From assembly GCA_964016885.1 (NCBI GenBank), contig OZ024741.1:213652001-213716000 (forward strand): a stretch of 64,000 nt of DNA. Direction: 5' to 3'. The stretch comes from Eledone cirrhosa. Its lineage: Eukaryota. This document shows, piece after piece, positions 36,401 through 53,100 of this stretch. The first letter of the stretch is position 1; each line of letters starts with the position of its first letter. Both the position numbers and the translations under genes were made by a program. The notes under the pieces are model-generated. The model worked only from the letters and a program-made list of their open reading frames with translations, ran no database searches and was not told the DNA's origin.

Positions 36401-38100
36401 ATCACTATCACCAACACTACCATCACTATCACCAACATTACCATCACTATCACCAACATTACCATCACTATCACCAACATTACCATCATTATCACCAACA
36501 CTACCATCACTATCACCAACACTACCATCAGTATCAACAACATTACCATCACTATCACGTACACTTCCATCACTATCACCAACATTACCACCACTATCAC
36601 CAACACTACCATCAATATCACCAACACTACCAACATTATCACCAACACTACCATCACTATCACCAACACTACCATCACTATCACCAACATTACCATCACT
36701 ATCACCAACACTACCATCACTATCACAAACATTACCATCACTACCACCAACACTACCATCACTATCACCAACACTGCCATCACTATCACCAACATTACCA
36801 TCACTATTATCAACACTACCATCACTATCACCAACATTACCATCACTATCACCAACACTACCATCACTATCACCAACATTACCATCAATATCACCTACAT
36901 TACCATCACTATCACCAACACTACCATCACTCTCACCAACATTACCGTCACTATCACCAACATTACCATCACTATCACCAACATTACCATCACTATCACC
37001 AGCATTACCATCACTATCACCAACACTACCATCACTATCCCCAACATTGCCATCACTATTACCAACACTACCATCACTATCACCAACATTACCATCACTA
37101 TCCCCAACATTACCATCACTATCACCAACATTACCATCACTATCACCAACACTACCATCACTATCACCAACACTACCATCACTATTACCAACACTACCAT
37201 CACTATCACCAACACTACCATCACTATCACCAACATTACCATCACTATCACCAACACTACCATCACTATCACCAACATTACCATCAATATCACCAACTCT
37301 ACCATCACTATCACCAACACTACCATCACTATCACCAACACTACCATCATTATCACCAACATTACCATCACTATCACTAACACTACCATCACTATCACCA
37401 ACACTACCATCACTATCACCAACACTACCATCACTATCACCAACATTACCATCACTACCACCAACATTACCATCACTATCACCAACACTAGCATCACTTT
37501 AACCAACACTACCATCACTATCACCAACATTACCACCACCATCACCAACACTACCATCACTATCACCAACATTACCATCAATATCACCAACTCTACCATC
37601 ACTATCACCAACACTACCATCACTATCACCAACACTACCATCACTATCACCAACACTACCATCACTATCACCAACATTACCATCACTACCACCAACATTA
37701 CCATCACTATCACCAACACTAGCATCACTTTAACCAACACTACCATCACTATCACCAACATTACCACCACCATCACCAACACTACCATCACTATCACCAA
37801 CATTACCATCAATATCACCAACTCTACCATCACTATCACCAACACTACCATCACTATCACCAACACTACCATCACTATCACCAACATTACCATCACTATC
37901 ACCAACACTATCATCACTATCACCAACACTACCATCACTATCGCCAACACTACCATCACTATCACCAACATTACCATCACTATCACCAACACTACTATCA
38001 CTATCACCAACATTACCATCACTTTTACCAACACTACCATCACTATCACCAACATTACCATCACTATCACCAACATTACCATCACTATCACCAACACTAC
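33466..38100. repeat. Block duplicated at offset 3,429 bp (about 33.3-34.4 kb repeated at about 36.8-38.1 kb, with internal rearrangement)
   Basis: Landmarks 33466/36895 and 33618/37047; shared rare variants ACCGTC, CCCAACATTGCC and CTTTAACC. Confidence 0.8.
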
Positions 38101-38334
38101 CATCACTATCACCAACATTACCATCACTATCACCAACATTACCATCACTATCACCAACATTACCATCACTATCACCAACACTACTGTCACTATCACCAAC
38201 ATTACCATCACTTTTACCAACACTACCACCACTATCACCAACATTACCATCACTATCACCAACATTACCATCACTATCACCAACACTACCATCACTATCA
38301 CCAACATTACCATCACTATCACCAACATTACCAT

Positions 38335-41300
38335 CACTATCACCAACATTACCATCACTATCACCAACATTACCATCACTATCACCAACATTACCATCAC
38401 TATCACCAACATTACCATCACTATCACCAACACTACCATCACTATCACCAACACTACTATCACTATCACCAACACTACCATCACTATCACCAACATTACC
38501 ATCACTATCACCAACACTACCATCACTATCACCAACATTACCATCACTATCACCAACACTACCATCACTATCACCAACATTACCATCACTATCACCAACA
38601 CTACCATCACTATCACCAACACTACCGTCACTATCATCAACACTACCATCACTATCACCAACATTACCATCACTATCACCAACACTACCATCACTATCAC
38701 CAACATTACCATCACTATTACCAACACTACCATCACTATCACCAACATTACCATCACTATCACCAACACTACCATCACTATCACCAACGCTACCATCACT
38801 ATCACCAACACTACTATCACTATCACCAACATTACCATCACTATCACCAACACTACCATCACTATCACCAACACTACCATCACTATCACCAACACTACCA
38901 TCACTATCACCAACACTACCATCACTATCACCAACATTACCATCACTATCACCAACACTACCATCACTATCACCAACACTACCATCACTATCACCAACAT
39001 TACCATCACTATCACCAACATTAGCCTCACTATCACCAACATTACCACCACTATCACCAACATTACCATCAATATCACCAACATTACCATCACTATCACC
39101 AACACTACCATTACTATCACCAACATTACCATCACTATCACCAACACTACCGTCACTATCACCAACATTACCATCACTATCACCTACACTACCATCACTA
39201 TCACCAACACAACCATCACTATCACCAACATTACCATCACTATCACCAACATTACCATCACTATCACCAACACTACCATCACTATCACCAACACTACCAT
39301 CACTATCACCAACATTACCATCACTAACACCAACATTACCATCACTATCACCAACACTACCATCACTATCACCAACACTACCATCACTATCACCAACACT
39401 ACCATCACAATCACCCTCATTACCATCACTATTACCAACACTACCATCACTATCACCAACATTACCATCACTATCACCAACACTACCATCACTATCACCA
39501 AAATTACCATCACTATCAACAACATTACCATCACTATCACCAACACTACCATCACTATCACCAACATTACCATCATTATCACCAACACTACCATCACTAT
39601 CACCAACACTACCATCACTATCACCAACACTACCATCACTATCACCAACATTACCATCACTATTACCAACACTACCATCACTATCACCAACATTACCATC
39701 ACTATCACCAACACTACCATCTCTATCACCAACACTACCATCACTATCACCAACACTACCATCACTATCACCAACACTACCATCACTATCACCAACATTA
39801 CCATCACTATCACCAACACTACCATCACTATCACCAACATTACCATCACTATCACCAACACTAGCATCACTTTCACCAACACTACCATCACTATCACCAA
39901 CAATACCACCACCATCACCAACACTACCATCACTATCACCAACATTACCATCAATATCACCAACTCTACCATCACTATCACCAACACTACCATCACTATC
40001 ACCAACACTACCATCACTATCACCAACACTACCATCACTATCACCAACACTACCATCACTATCACCAACACTACCATCACTATCACCAATACTACCATCA
40101 CTATCACCAACACTACCATCACTATCACCAACATTACCATCACTATCACCAACACTACCATCACTATCACCAACATTACCATCACTATCAACAACATTAC
40201 CATCACTATCACCAACACTACCATCACTATCACCAACATTACCATCACTACCACCAACATTACCATCACTATCACCAACATTACCATCACTATCACCAAC
40301 ACTACCATCACTATCACCAACACTACCATCACTATCACCAACATTACCATCACTATTACCAACACTGCCATCACTATCACCAACATTACCATCACTATCA
40401 CCAACATTACCATCACTATCACCAACATTACCATCACTATCACCAACACTACCATCACTATCACCAACATTACCATCACTATCACCAACATTACCCTCAC
40501 TATCACCAACATTACCATCACTATCACCAACATTTCCATCAATATCACCAACATTACCATCACTATCACCAACACTACCATTACTATCACCAACATTACC
40601 ATCACTATCACCAACACTACCATCACTATCACCAACATTACCATCACTATCACCAACATTACCATCACTATCACCAACACTACCATCACTATCACCAACA
40701 TTACCATCACTATCACCAACACTACCATCACTATCACCAACACTACCATCACTATCACCTACATTACCATCACTATTACCAACACTACCATCACTATCAC
40801 CAACATTACCATCACTATCACCAACATTACCATCACTATCACCAACATTACCATCACTATCACCAACACTACCATCACTATCACCAACACTACCATCACT
40901 ATCACCAACATTACCATCACTATCACCAACATTAGCCTCACTATCACCAACATTACCATCACTATCACCAACATTACCATCAATATCACCAACATTACCA
41001 TCACTATCACCAACACTACCATTACTATCACCAACATTACCATCACTATCACCAACACTACCATCACTATCACCAACATTACCATCACTATCACCAACAT
41101 TACCATCACTATCACCAACATTAGCCTCACTATCACCAACATTACCATCACTATCACCAACATTACCATCACTATCACCAACATTACCATCACTATCACC
41201 AACATTACCATCACTATCACCAACACTACCATCACTATCACCAACACTACCATCACTATCACCAACACTACCATCACTATCACCAACATTACCATCACTA

Positions 41301-44300
41301 TCACCAACACTACCATCACTATCACCAACATTACCATCACTATCACCAACACTACCATCACTATCACCAACATTACCATCACTATCACCAACACTACCAT
41401 CACTATCACCAACACTACCATCACTATCATCAACACTACCATCACTATCACCAACATTACCATCACTATCACCAACACTACCATCACTATCACCAACATT
41501 ACCATCACTATTACCAACACTACCATCACTATCACCAACATTACCATCACTATCACCAACACTACCATCACTATCACCAACGCTACCATCACTATCACCA
41601 ACACTACCATCACTATCACCAACATTACCATCACTATCACCAACACTACCATCACTATCACCAACACTACCATCACTATCACCAACACTACCATCACTAT
41701 CACCAACACTACCATCACTATCACCAACATTACCATCACTATCACCAACACTACCATCACTATCACCAACACTACCATCACTATCACCAACATTACCATC
41801 ACTATCACCAACATTAGCCTCACTATCACCAACATTACCATCACTATCACCAACATTACCATCAATATCACCAACATTACCATCACTATCACCAACACTA
41901 CCATTACTATCACCTACACTACCATCACTATCACCAACACTACCATCACTATCACCAACATTACCATCACTATCACCAACATTACCATCACTATCACCAA
42001 CACTACCATCACTATCACCAACACTACCATCACTATCACCAACATTACCATCACTAACACCAACATTACCATCACAATCACCCTCATTACCATCACTATT
42101 ACCAACACTACCATCACTATCACCAACATTACCATCACTATCACCAACACTACCATCACTATCACCAAAATTACCATCACTATCAACAACATTACCATCA
42201 CTATCACCAACACTACCATCATTATCACCAACATTACCATCATTATCACCAACACTACCATCACTATCACCAACACTACCATCACTATCACCAACATTAC
42301 CATCACTATTACCAACACTACCATCACTATCACCAACATTACCATCACTATCACCAACATTACCATCACTATCACCAACACTACCATCACTATCACCAAC
42401 ACTACCATCACTATCACCAACACTACCATCACTATCACCAACACTACCATCACTATCACCAACACTACCATCACTATCACCAACATTACCATCACTATCA
42501 CCAACACTACCATCACTATCACCAACATTACCATCACTATCACCAACACTAGCATCACTTTCACCAACACTACCATCACTATCACCAACAATACCACCAC
42601 CATCACCAACACTACCATCACTATCACCAACATTACCATCAATATCACCAACTCTACCATCACTATCACCAACACTACCATCACTATCACCAACACTACC
42701 ATCACTATCACCAACACTACCATCACTATCACCAACACTACCATCACTATCACCAACACTACCATCACTATCACCAATACTACCATCACTATCACCAACA
42801 CTACCATCACTATCACCAACATTACCATCACTATCACCAACACTACCATCACTATCACCAACATTACCATCACTATCAACAACATTACCATCACTATCAC
42901 CAACACTACCATCACTATCACCAACATTACCATCACTACCACCAACATTACCATCACTATCACCAACATTACCATCACTATCACCAACACTACCATCACT
43001 ATCACCAACACTACCATCACTATCACCAACATTACCATCACTATTACCAACACTGCCATCACTATCACCAACATTACCATCACTATCACCAACATTACCA
43101 TCACTATCACCAACATTACCATCACTATCACCAACACTACCATCACTATCACCAACATTACCATCACTATCACCAACATTACCCTCACTATCACCAACAT
43201 TACCATCACTATCACCAACATTACCATCAATATCACCAACATTACCATCACTATCACCAACACTACCATTACTATCACCAACATTACCATCACTATCACC
43301 AACACTACCATCACTATCACCAACATTACCATCACTATCACCAACATTACCATCACTATCACCAACACTACCATCACTATCACCAACATTACCATCAATA
43401 TCACCAACACTACCTCACTATCACCAAGACTACCATCACTATCACCAACACTACCATCACTATCACCAACATTACCATCACTATTACCAACACTACCATC
43501 ACTATCACCAACATTACCATCACTATCTCCAACATTACCATCACTATCACCAACATTACCATCACTATCACCAACACTACCATCACTATCACCAACACTA
43601 CCATCACTATTACCAACACTACCATCACTATCACCAACACTACCATCACTATCACCAACATTACCATCACTATCACCAACACTACCATCACTATCACCAA
43701 CATTACCATCACTATCACCAACACTAGCATCACTTTCACCAACACTACCATCACTATCACCAACATTATCACCACCATCACCAACACTACCATCACTATC
43801 ACCAACATTACCATCAATATCACCAACTCTACCATCACTATCACCAACACTACCATCACTATCACCAACACTACCATCACTATCACCAACATTACCATCA
43901 CTATCACCAACACTACCATCACTATCACCAACACTACCATCACTATCACCAACATTACCATCACTATTACCAACACTACCATCACTATCACCAAGATTAC
44001 TATCACTATCACCAACATTACCATCACTATTACCAACACTACCATCACTATCACCAAGATTACCATCACTATCACCAACATTAGCCTCACTATCACCAAC
44101 ATTACCATCACTATCACCAACACTACCATCACTATCACCAACACTACCATCACTATCACCAACATTACCATCACTATCACCAACATTAGCCTCACTATCA
44201 CCAACATTACCATCACTATCACCAACATTACCATCAATATCACCAACATTACCATCACTATCACCAACATTACCATCACTATCACCAACACTACCATCAC

Positions 44301-47300
44301 TATCACCAACACTACCATCACTATCACCAACATTACCATCACTATCACCAACATTAGCCTCACTAACACCAACATTACCATCACTATCACCAACATTACC
44401 ATCAATATCACCAACATTACCATCACTATCACCAACACTACCATTACTATCACCAACATTACCATCACTATCACCAACACTACTATCACTATCACCAACA
44501 TTACCATCACTATCACCAACATTACCATCACTATCACCAACATTAGCCTCACTATCACCAACATTACCATCACTATCACCAACATTACCATCACTATCAC
44601 CAACATTACCATCACTATCACCAACATTACCATCACTATCACCAACACTACCATCACTATCACCAACACTACTATCACTATCACCAACACTACCATCACT
44701 ATCACCAACATTACCATCACTATCACCAACACTACCATCACTATCACCAACATTACCATCACTATCACCAACACTACCATCACTATCACCAACATTACCA
44801 TCACTATCACCAACACTACCATCACTATCACCAACACTACCGTCACTATCATCAACACTACCATCACTATCACCAACATTACCATCACTATCACCAACAC
44901 TACCATCACTATCACCAACATTACCATCACTATTACCAACACTACCATCACTATCACCAACATTACCATCACTATCACCAACACTACCATCACTATCACC
45001 AACGCTACCATCACTATCACCAACACTACTATCACTATCACCAACATTACCATCACTATCACCAACACTACCATCACTATCACCAACACTACCATCACTA
45101 TCACCAACACTACCATCACTATCACCAACACTACCATCACTATCACCAACATTACCATCACTATCACCAACACTACCATCACTATCACCAACACTACCAT
45201 CACTATCACCAACATTACCATCACTATCACCAACATTAGCCTCACTATCACCAACATTACCACCACTATCACCAACATTACCATCAATATCACCAACATT
45301 ACCATCACTATCACCAACACTACCATTACTATCACCAACATTACCATCACTATCACCAACACTACCGTCACTATCACCAACATTACCATCACTATCACCT
45401 ACACTACCATCACTATCACCAACACAACCATCACTATCACCAACATTACCATCACTATCACCAACATTACCATCACTATCACCAACACTACCATCACTAT
45501 CACCAACACTACCATCACTATCACCAACATTACCATCACTAACACCAACATTACCATCACTATCACCAACACTACCATCACTATCACCAACACTACCATC
45601 ACTATCACCAACACTACCATCACAATCACCCTCATTACCATCACTATTACCAACACTACCATCACTATCACCAACATTACCATCACTATCACCAACACTA
45701 CCATCACTATCACCAAAATTACCATCACTATCAACAACATTACCATCACTATCACCAACACTACCATCACTATCACCAACATTACCATCATTATCACCAA
45801 CACTACCATCACTATCACCAACACTACCATCACTATCACCAACACTACCATCACTATCACCAACATTACCATCACTATTACCAACACTACCATCACTATC
45901 ACCAACATTACCATCACTATCACCAACACTACCATCACTATCACCAACACTACCATCACTATCACCAACACTACCATCACTATCACCAACACTACCATCA
46001 CTATCACCAACATTACCATCACTATCACCAACACTACCATCACTATCACCAACATTACCATCACTATCACCAACACTAGCATCACTTTCACCAACACTAC
46101 CATCACTATCACCAACAATACCACCACCATCACCAACACTACCATCACTATCACCAACATTACCATCAATATCACCAACTCTACCATCACTATCACCAAC
46201 ACTACCATCACTATCACCAACACTACCATCACTATCACCAACACTACCATCACTATCACCAACACTACCATCACTATCACCAACACTACCATCACTATCA
46301 CCAATACTACCATCACTATCACCAACACTACCATCACTATCACCAACATTACCATCACTATCACCAACACTACCATCACTATCACCAACATTACCATCAC
46401 TATCAACAACATTACCATCACTATCACCAACACTACCATCACTATCACCAACATTACCATCACTACCACCAACATTACCATCACTATCACCAACATTACC
46501 ATCACTATCACCAACACTACCATCACTATCACCAACACTACCATCACTATCACCAACATTACCATCACTATTACCAACACTGCCATCACTATCACCAACA
46601 TTACCATCACTATCACCAACATTACCATCACTATCACCAACATTACCATCACTATCACCAACACTACCATCACTATCACCAACATTACCATCACTATCAC
46701 CAACATTACCCTCATTATCACCAACATTACCATCACTATCACCAACATTTCCATCAATATCACCAACATTACCATCACTATCACCAACACTACCATTACT
46801 ATCACCAACATTACCATCACTATCACCAACACTACCATCACTATCACCAACATTACCATCACTATCACCAACATTACCATCACTATCACCAACACTACCA
46901 TCACTATCACCAACATTACCATCACTATCACCAACACTACCATCACTATCACCAACACTACCATCACTATCACCAACATTACCATCACTATTACCAACAC
47001 TACCATCACTATCACCAACATTACCATCACTATCACCAACATTACCATCACTATCACCAACATTACCATCACTATCACCAACACTACCATCACTATCACC
47101 AACACTACCATCACTATCACCAACATTACCATCACTATCACCAACATTAGCCTCACTATCACCAACATTACCATCACTATCACCAACATTACCATCAATA
47201 TCACCAACATTACCATCACTATCACCAACACTACCATTACTATCACCAACATTACCATCACTATCACCAACACTACCATCACTATCACCAACATTACCAT

Positions 47301-50150
47301 CACTATCACCAACATTACCATCACTATCACCAACATTAGCCTCACTATCACCAACATTACCATCACTATCACCAACATTACCATCACTATCACCAACATT
47401 ACCATCACTATCACCAACATTACCATCACTATCACCAACACTACCATCACTATCACCAACACTACCATCACTATCACCAACACTACCATCACTATCACCA
47501 ACATTACCATCACTATCACCAACACTACCATCACTATCACCAACATTACCATCACTATCACCAACACTACCATCACTATCACCAACATTACCATCACTAT
47601 CACCAACACTACCATCACTATCACCAACACTACCATCACTATCATCAACACTACCATCACTATCACCAACATTACCATCACTATCACCAACACTACCATC
47701 ACTATCACCAACATTACCATCACTATTACCAACACTACCATCACTATCACCAACATTACCATCACTATCACCAACACTACCATCACTATCACCAACGCTA
47801 CCATCACTATCACCAACACTACCATCACTATCACCAACATTACCATCACTATCACCAACACTACCATCACTATCACCAACACTACCATCACTATCACCAA
47901 CACTACCATCACTATCACCAACACTACCATCACTATCACCAACATTACCATCACTATCACCAACACTACCATCACTATCACCAACACTACCATCACTATC
48001 ACCAACATTACCATCACTATCACCAACATTAGCCTCACTATCACCAACATTACCATCACTATCACCAACATTACCATCAATATCACCAACATTACCATCA
48101 CTATCACCAACACTACCATTACTATCACCTACACTACCATCACTATCACCAACACTACCATCACTATCACCAACATTACCATCACTATCACCAACATTAC
48201 CATCACTATCACCAACACTACCATCACTATCACCAACACTACCATCACTATCACCAACATTACCATCACTAACACCAACATTACCATCACAATCACCCTC
48301 ATTACCATCACTATTACCAACACTACCATCACTATCACCAACATTACCATCACTATCACCAACACTACCATCACTATCACCAAAATTACCATCACTATCA
48401 ACAACATTACCATCACTATCACCAACACTACCATCACTATCACCAACATTACCATCATTATCACCAACACTACCATCACTATCACCAACACTACCATCAC
48501 TATCACCAACATTACCATCACTATTACCAACACTACCATCACTATCACCAACATTACCATCACTATCACCAACATTACCATCACTATCACCAACATTACC
48601 ATCACTATCACCAACACTACCATCACTATCACCAACACTACCATCACTATCACCAACACTACCATCACTATCACCAACACTACCATCACTATCACCAACA
48701 TTACCATCACTATCACCAACACTACCATCACTATCACCAACATTACCATCACTATCACCAACACTAGCATCACTTTCACCAACACTACCATCACTATCAC
48801 CAACAATACCACCACCATCACCAACACTACCATCACTATCACCAACATTACCATCAATATCACCAACTCTACCATCACTATCACCAACACTACCATCACT
48901 ATCACCAACACTACCATCACTATCACCAACACTACCATCACTATCACCAACACTACCATCACTATCACCAACACTACCATCACTATCACCAATACTACCA
49001 TCACTATCACCAACACTACCATCACTATCACCAACATTACCATCACTATCACCAACACTACCATCACTATCACCAACATTACCATCACTATCAACAACAT
49101 TACCATCACTATCACCAACACTACCATCACTATCACCAACATTACCATCACTACCACCAACATTACCATCACTATCACCAACATTACCATCACTATCACC
49201 AACACTACCATCACTATCACCAACACTACCATCACTATCACCAACATTACCATCACTATTACCAACACTGCCATCACTATCACCAACATTACCATCACTA
49301 TCACCAACATTACCATCACTATCACCAACATTACCATCACTATCACCAACACTACCATCACTATCACCAACATTACCATCACTATCACCAACATTACCCT
49401 CACTATCACCAACATTACCATCACTATCACCAACATTACCATCAATATCACCAACATTACCATCACTATCACCAACACTACCATTACTATCACCAACATT
49501 ACCATCACTATCACCAACACTACCATCACTATCACCAACATTACCATCACTATCACCAACATTACCATCACTATCACCAACACTACCATCACTATCACCA
49601 ACATTACCATCAATATCACCAACACTACCTCACTATCACCAAGACTACCATCACTATCACCAACACTACCATCACTATCACCAACACTACCATCACTATC
49701 ACCAACATTACCATCACTATCTCCAACATTACCATCACTATCACCAACATTACCATCACTATCACCAACACTACCATCACTATCACCAACACTACCATCA
49801 CTATTACCAACACTACCATCACTATCACCAACACTACCATCACTATCACCAACATTACCATCACTATCACCAACACTACCATCACTATCACCAACATTAC
49901 CATCACTATCACCAACACTAGCATCACTTTCACCAACACTACCATCACTATCACCAACATTATCACCACCATCACCAACACTACCATCACTATCACCAAC
50001 ATTACCATCAATATCACCAACTCTACCATCACTATCACCAACACTACCATCACTATCACCAACACTACCATCACTATCACCAACATTACCATCACTATCA
50101 CCAACACTACCATCACTATCACCAACACTACCATCACTATCACCAACACT
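38335..50150. repeat. Tandem duplication with 6,215-bp period containing a 2,730-bp sub-period
   Basis: Offsets 39184/45399, 41914/48129 and 43410/49625 are all 6,215 (296 monomers minus the 1-bp deletion at about 43413). Offsets 39184/41914 and 45399/48129 are 2,730, exactly 130 monomers. Confidence 0.9.
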
Positions 50151-53100
50151 ACCATCACTATCACCAACATTACCATCACTATCAGCAACACTACCATCAC
50201 TATCACCAACATTACCATCACTATTACCAACACTACCATCACTATCACCAACATTACCATCACTATCACCAACATTACCATCACTATCACCAACATTACC
50301 ATCACTATCACCAACACTACCATCACTATCACCAACATTACCATCACTATCACCAACATTACCCTCACTATCACCAACATTACCATCACTATCACCAACA
50401 TTACCATCAATATCACCAACATTACCATCACTATCACCAACACTACCATTACTATCACCAACATTACCATCACTATCACCAACACTACCATCACTATCAC
50501 CAACATTACCATGACTATCACCAACATTACCATCACTATCACCAACATTACCATCATTATCACCAACATTACCATCACTATCACCAACACTACCATCACT
50601 ATCACCAACACTACCATCACTATCACTAACACTACCATCACTATCACCAACACTACCCATCACTATCACCAACATTACCATCACTATCACCAACATTACC
50701 ATCAATATCACCAACATTACCATCACTATCACCAACATTACCACCACTATCACCAACACTACCATCACTATCACCAACACTACCATCACTATCACCAACA
50801 CTACCATCACTATCACCAACACTACCCATCACTATCACAAACATTACCATCACTATCACCAACACTACCATCACTATCACCAACATTACCATCACTATCA
50901 CCAACACTACCATCACTATCACCAACATTACCATCACTATCACCAACACTACCATCACTATCACCAACACTACCATCACTATCACCAACATTACCATCAC
51001 TATCACCAACATTACCATCATTATTACCACCATTACCATCACTATCACCAACAACACTACCATCACTATCACCAACACTACCATCACTATCACCAACACT
51101 ACCATCAATATCACCAACACTACCATCACTATCACCAACCTTACCATCACCATCACCATCAACACTACCATCACTATGACCAACATTACCATCACTATCA
51201 CCAACAACACTACCATCACTATCACCAACATTACCATCACTATCACCAACACTACCATCACTATCACCAACATTACCATCATTATCACCAACACTACCAT
51301 CACTATCACCAACACTACCATCAGTATCAACAACATTACCATCACTATCACGTACACTTCCATCACTATCACCAACACTACCATCACTATCACCAACATT
51401 ACCATCACTATCACCAACACTACCATCACTATCACCAACATTACCATCACTATCACCAACAACACTACCATCACTATCACCAACACTACCATCACTATCA
51501 CCAACACTACCATCACTATCACCAACACTACCATCACTATCACCAACATTACCATCAATATCCCCAACATTACCATCACTATTACCAACACTACCATCAC
51601 TATCACCAACATTACCATCACTATCATCAACACTACCATCACTATCACCAACATTACCATCACTATCACCAACACTACCATCACTATCACCAACATTACC
51701 ATCACTATCACCAACAACACTACCATCACTATCACCAACACTACCATCACTATCACCAACACTACCATCACTATCACCAACACTACCATCACTATCACCA
51801 ACATTACCATCAATATCCCCAACATTACCATCACTATTACCAACACTACCATCACTATCACCAACATTACCATCACTATCACCAACACTACCATCACTAT
51901 CACCAACACTACCATCACTATCACCAACATTACCATCACTATCACCAACACTAGCATCACTTTCACCAACAATACCATCACTATCACCAACATTACCACC
52001 ACCATCACCAACACTACCATCACTATCACCAACATTACCATCAATATCAACAACTCTACCATCACTATCACCAACACTACCATCACTATCACCAACACTA
52101 CCATCACTATCACCAACATTACCATCACTATCACCAACATTACCATCACTATCACCAACATTACCATCATTATCACCAACACTACCATCACTATCACCAA
52201 CACTACCATCAGTATCAACAACATTACCATCACTATCACGTACACTTCCATCACTATCACCAACATTACCACCACTATCACCAACACTACCATCACTATC
52301 ACCAACACTACCATCATTATCACCAACACTACCATCACTATCACCAACACTACCATCACTATCACAAACATTACCATCACTACCACCAACACTACCATCA
52401 CTATCACCAACATTACCATCACTACCACCAACACTACCATCACTATCACCAACATTACCATCACTATCACCTACACTACCATCACTATCACCAACACTAC
52501 CATCACTATCACCAACATTACCATCACTATCACCAACATTAGCCTCACTATCACCAACATTACCATCACTATCACCAACATTACCATCAATATCACCAAC
52601 ATTACCATCACTATCACCAACACTACCATTACTATCACCAACATTACCATCACTATCACCAACACTACCGTCACTATCACCAACATTACCATCACTATCA
52701 CCTACACTACCATCACTATCACCAACACTACCATCACTATCACCAACATTACCATCACTATCACCAACATTACCATCACTATCACCAACACTACCATCAC
52801 TATCACCAACACTACCATCACTATCACCAACATTACCATCACTAACACCAACATTACCATCACAATCACCCTCATTACCATCACTATTACCAACACTACC
52901 ATCACTATCACCAACATTACCATCACTATCACCAACACTACCATCACTATCACCAAAATTACCATCACTATCAACAACATTACCATCACTATCACCAACA
53001 CTACCATCACTATCACCAACATTACCATCATTATCACCAACACTACCATCACTATCACCAACACTACCATCACTATCACCAACATTACCATCACTATTAC

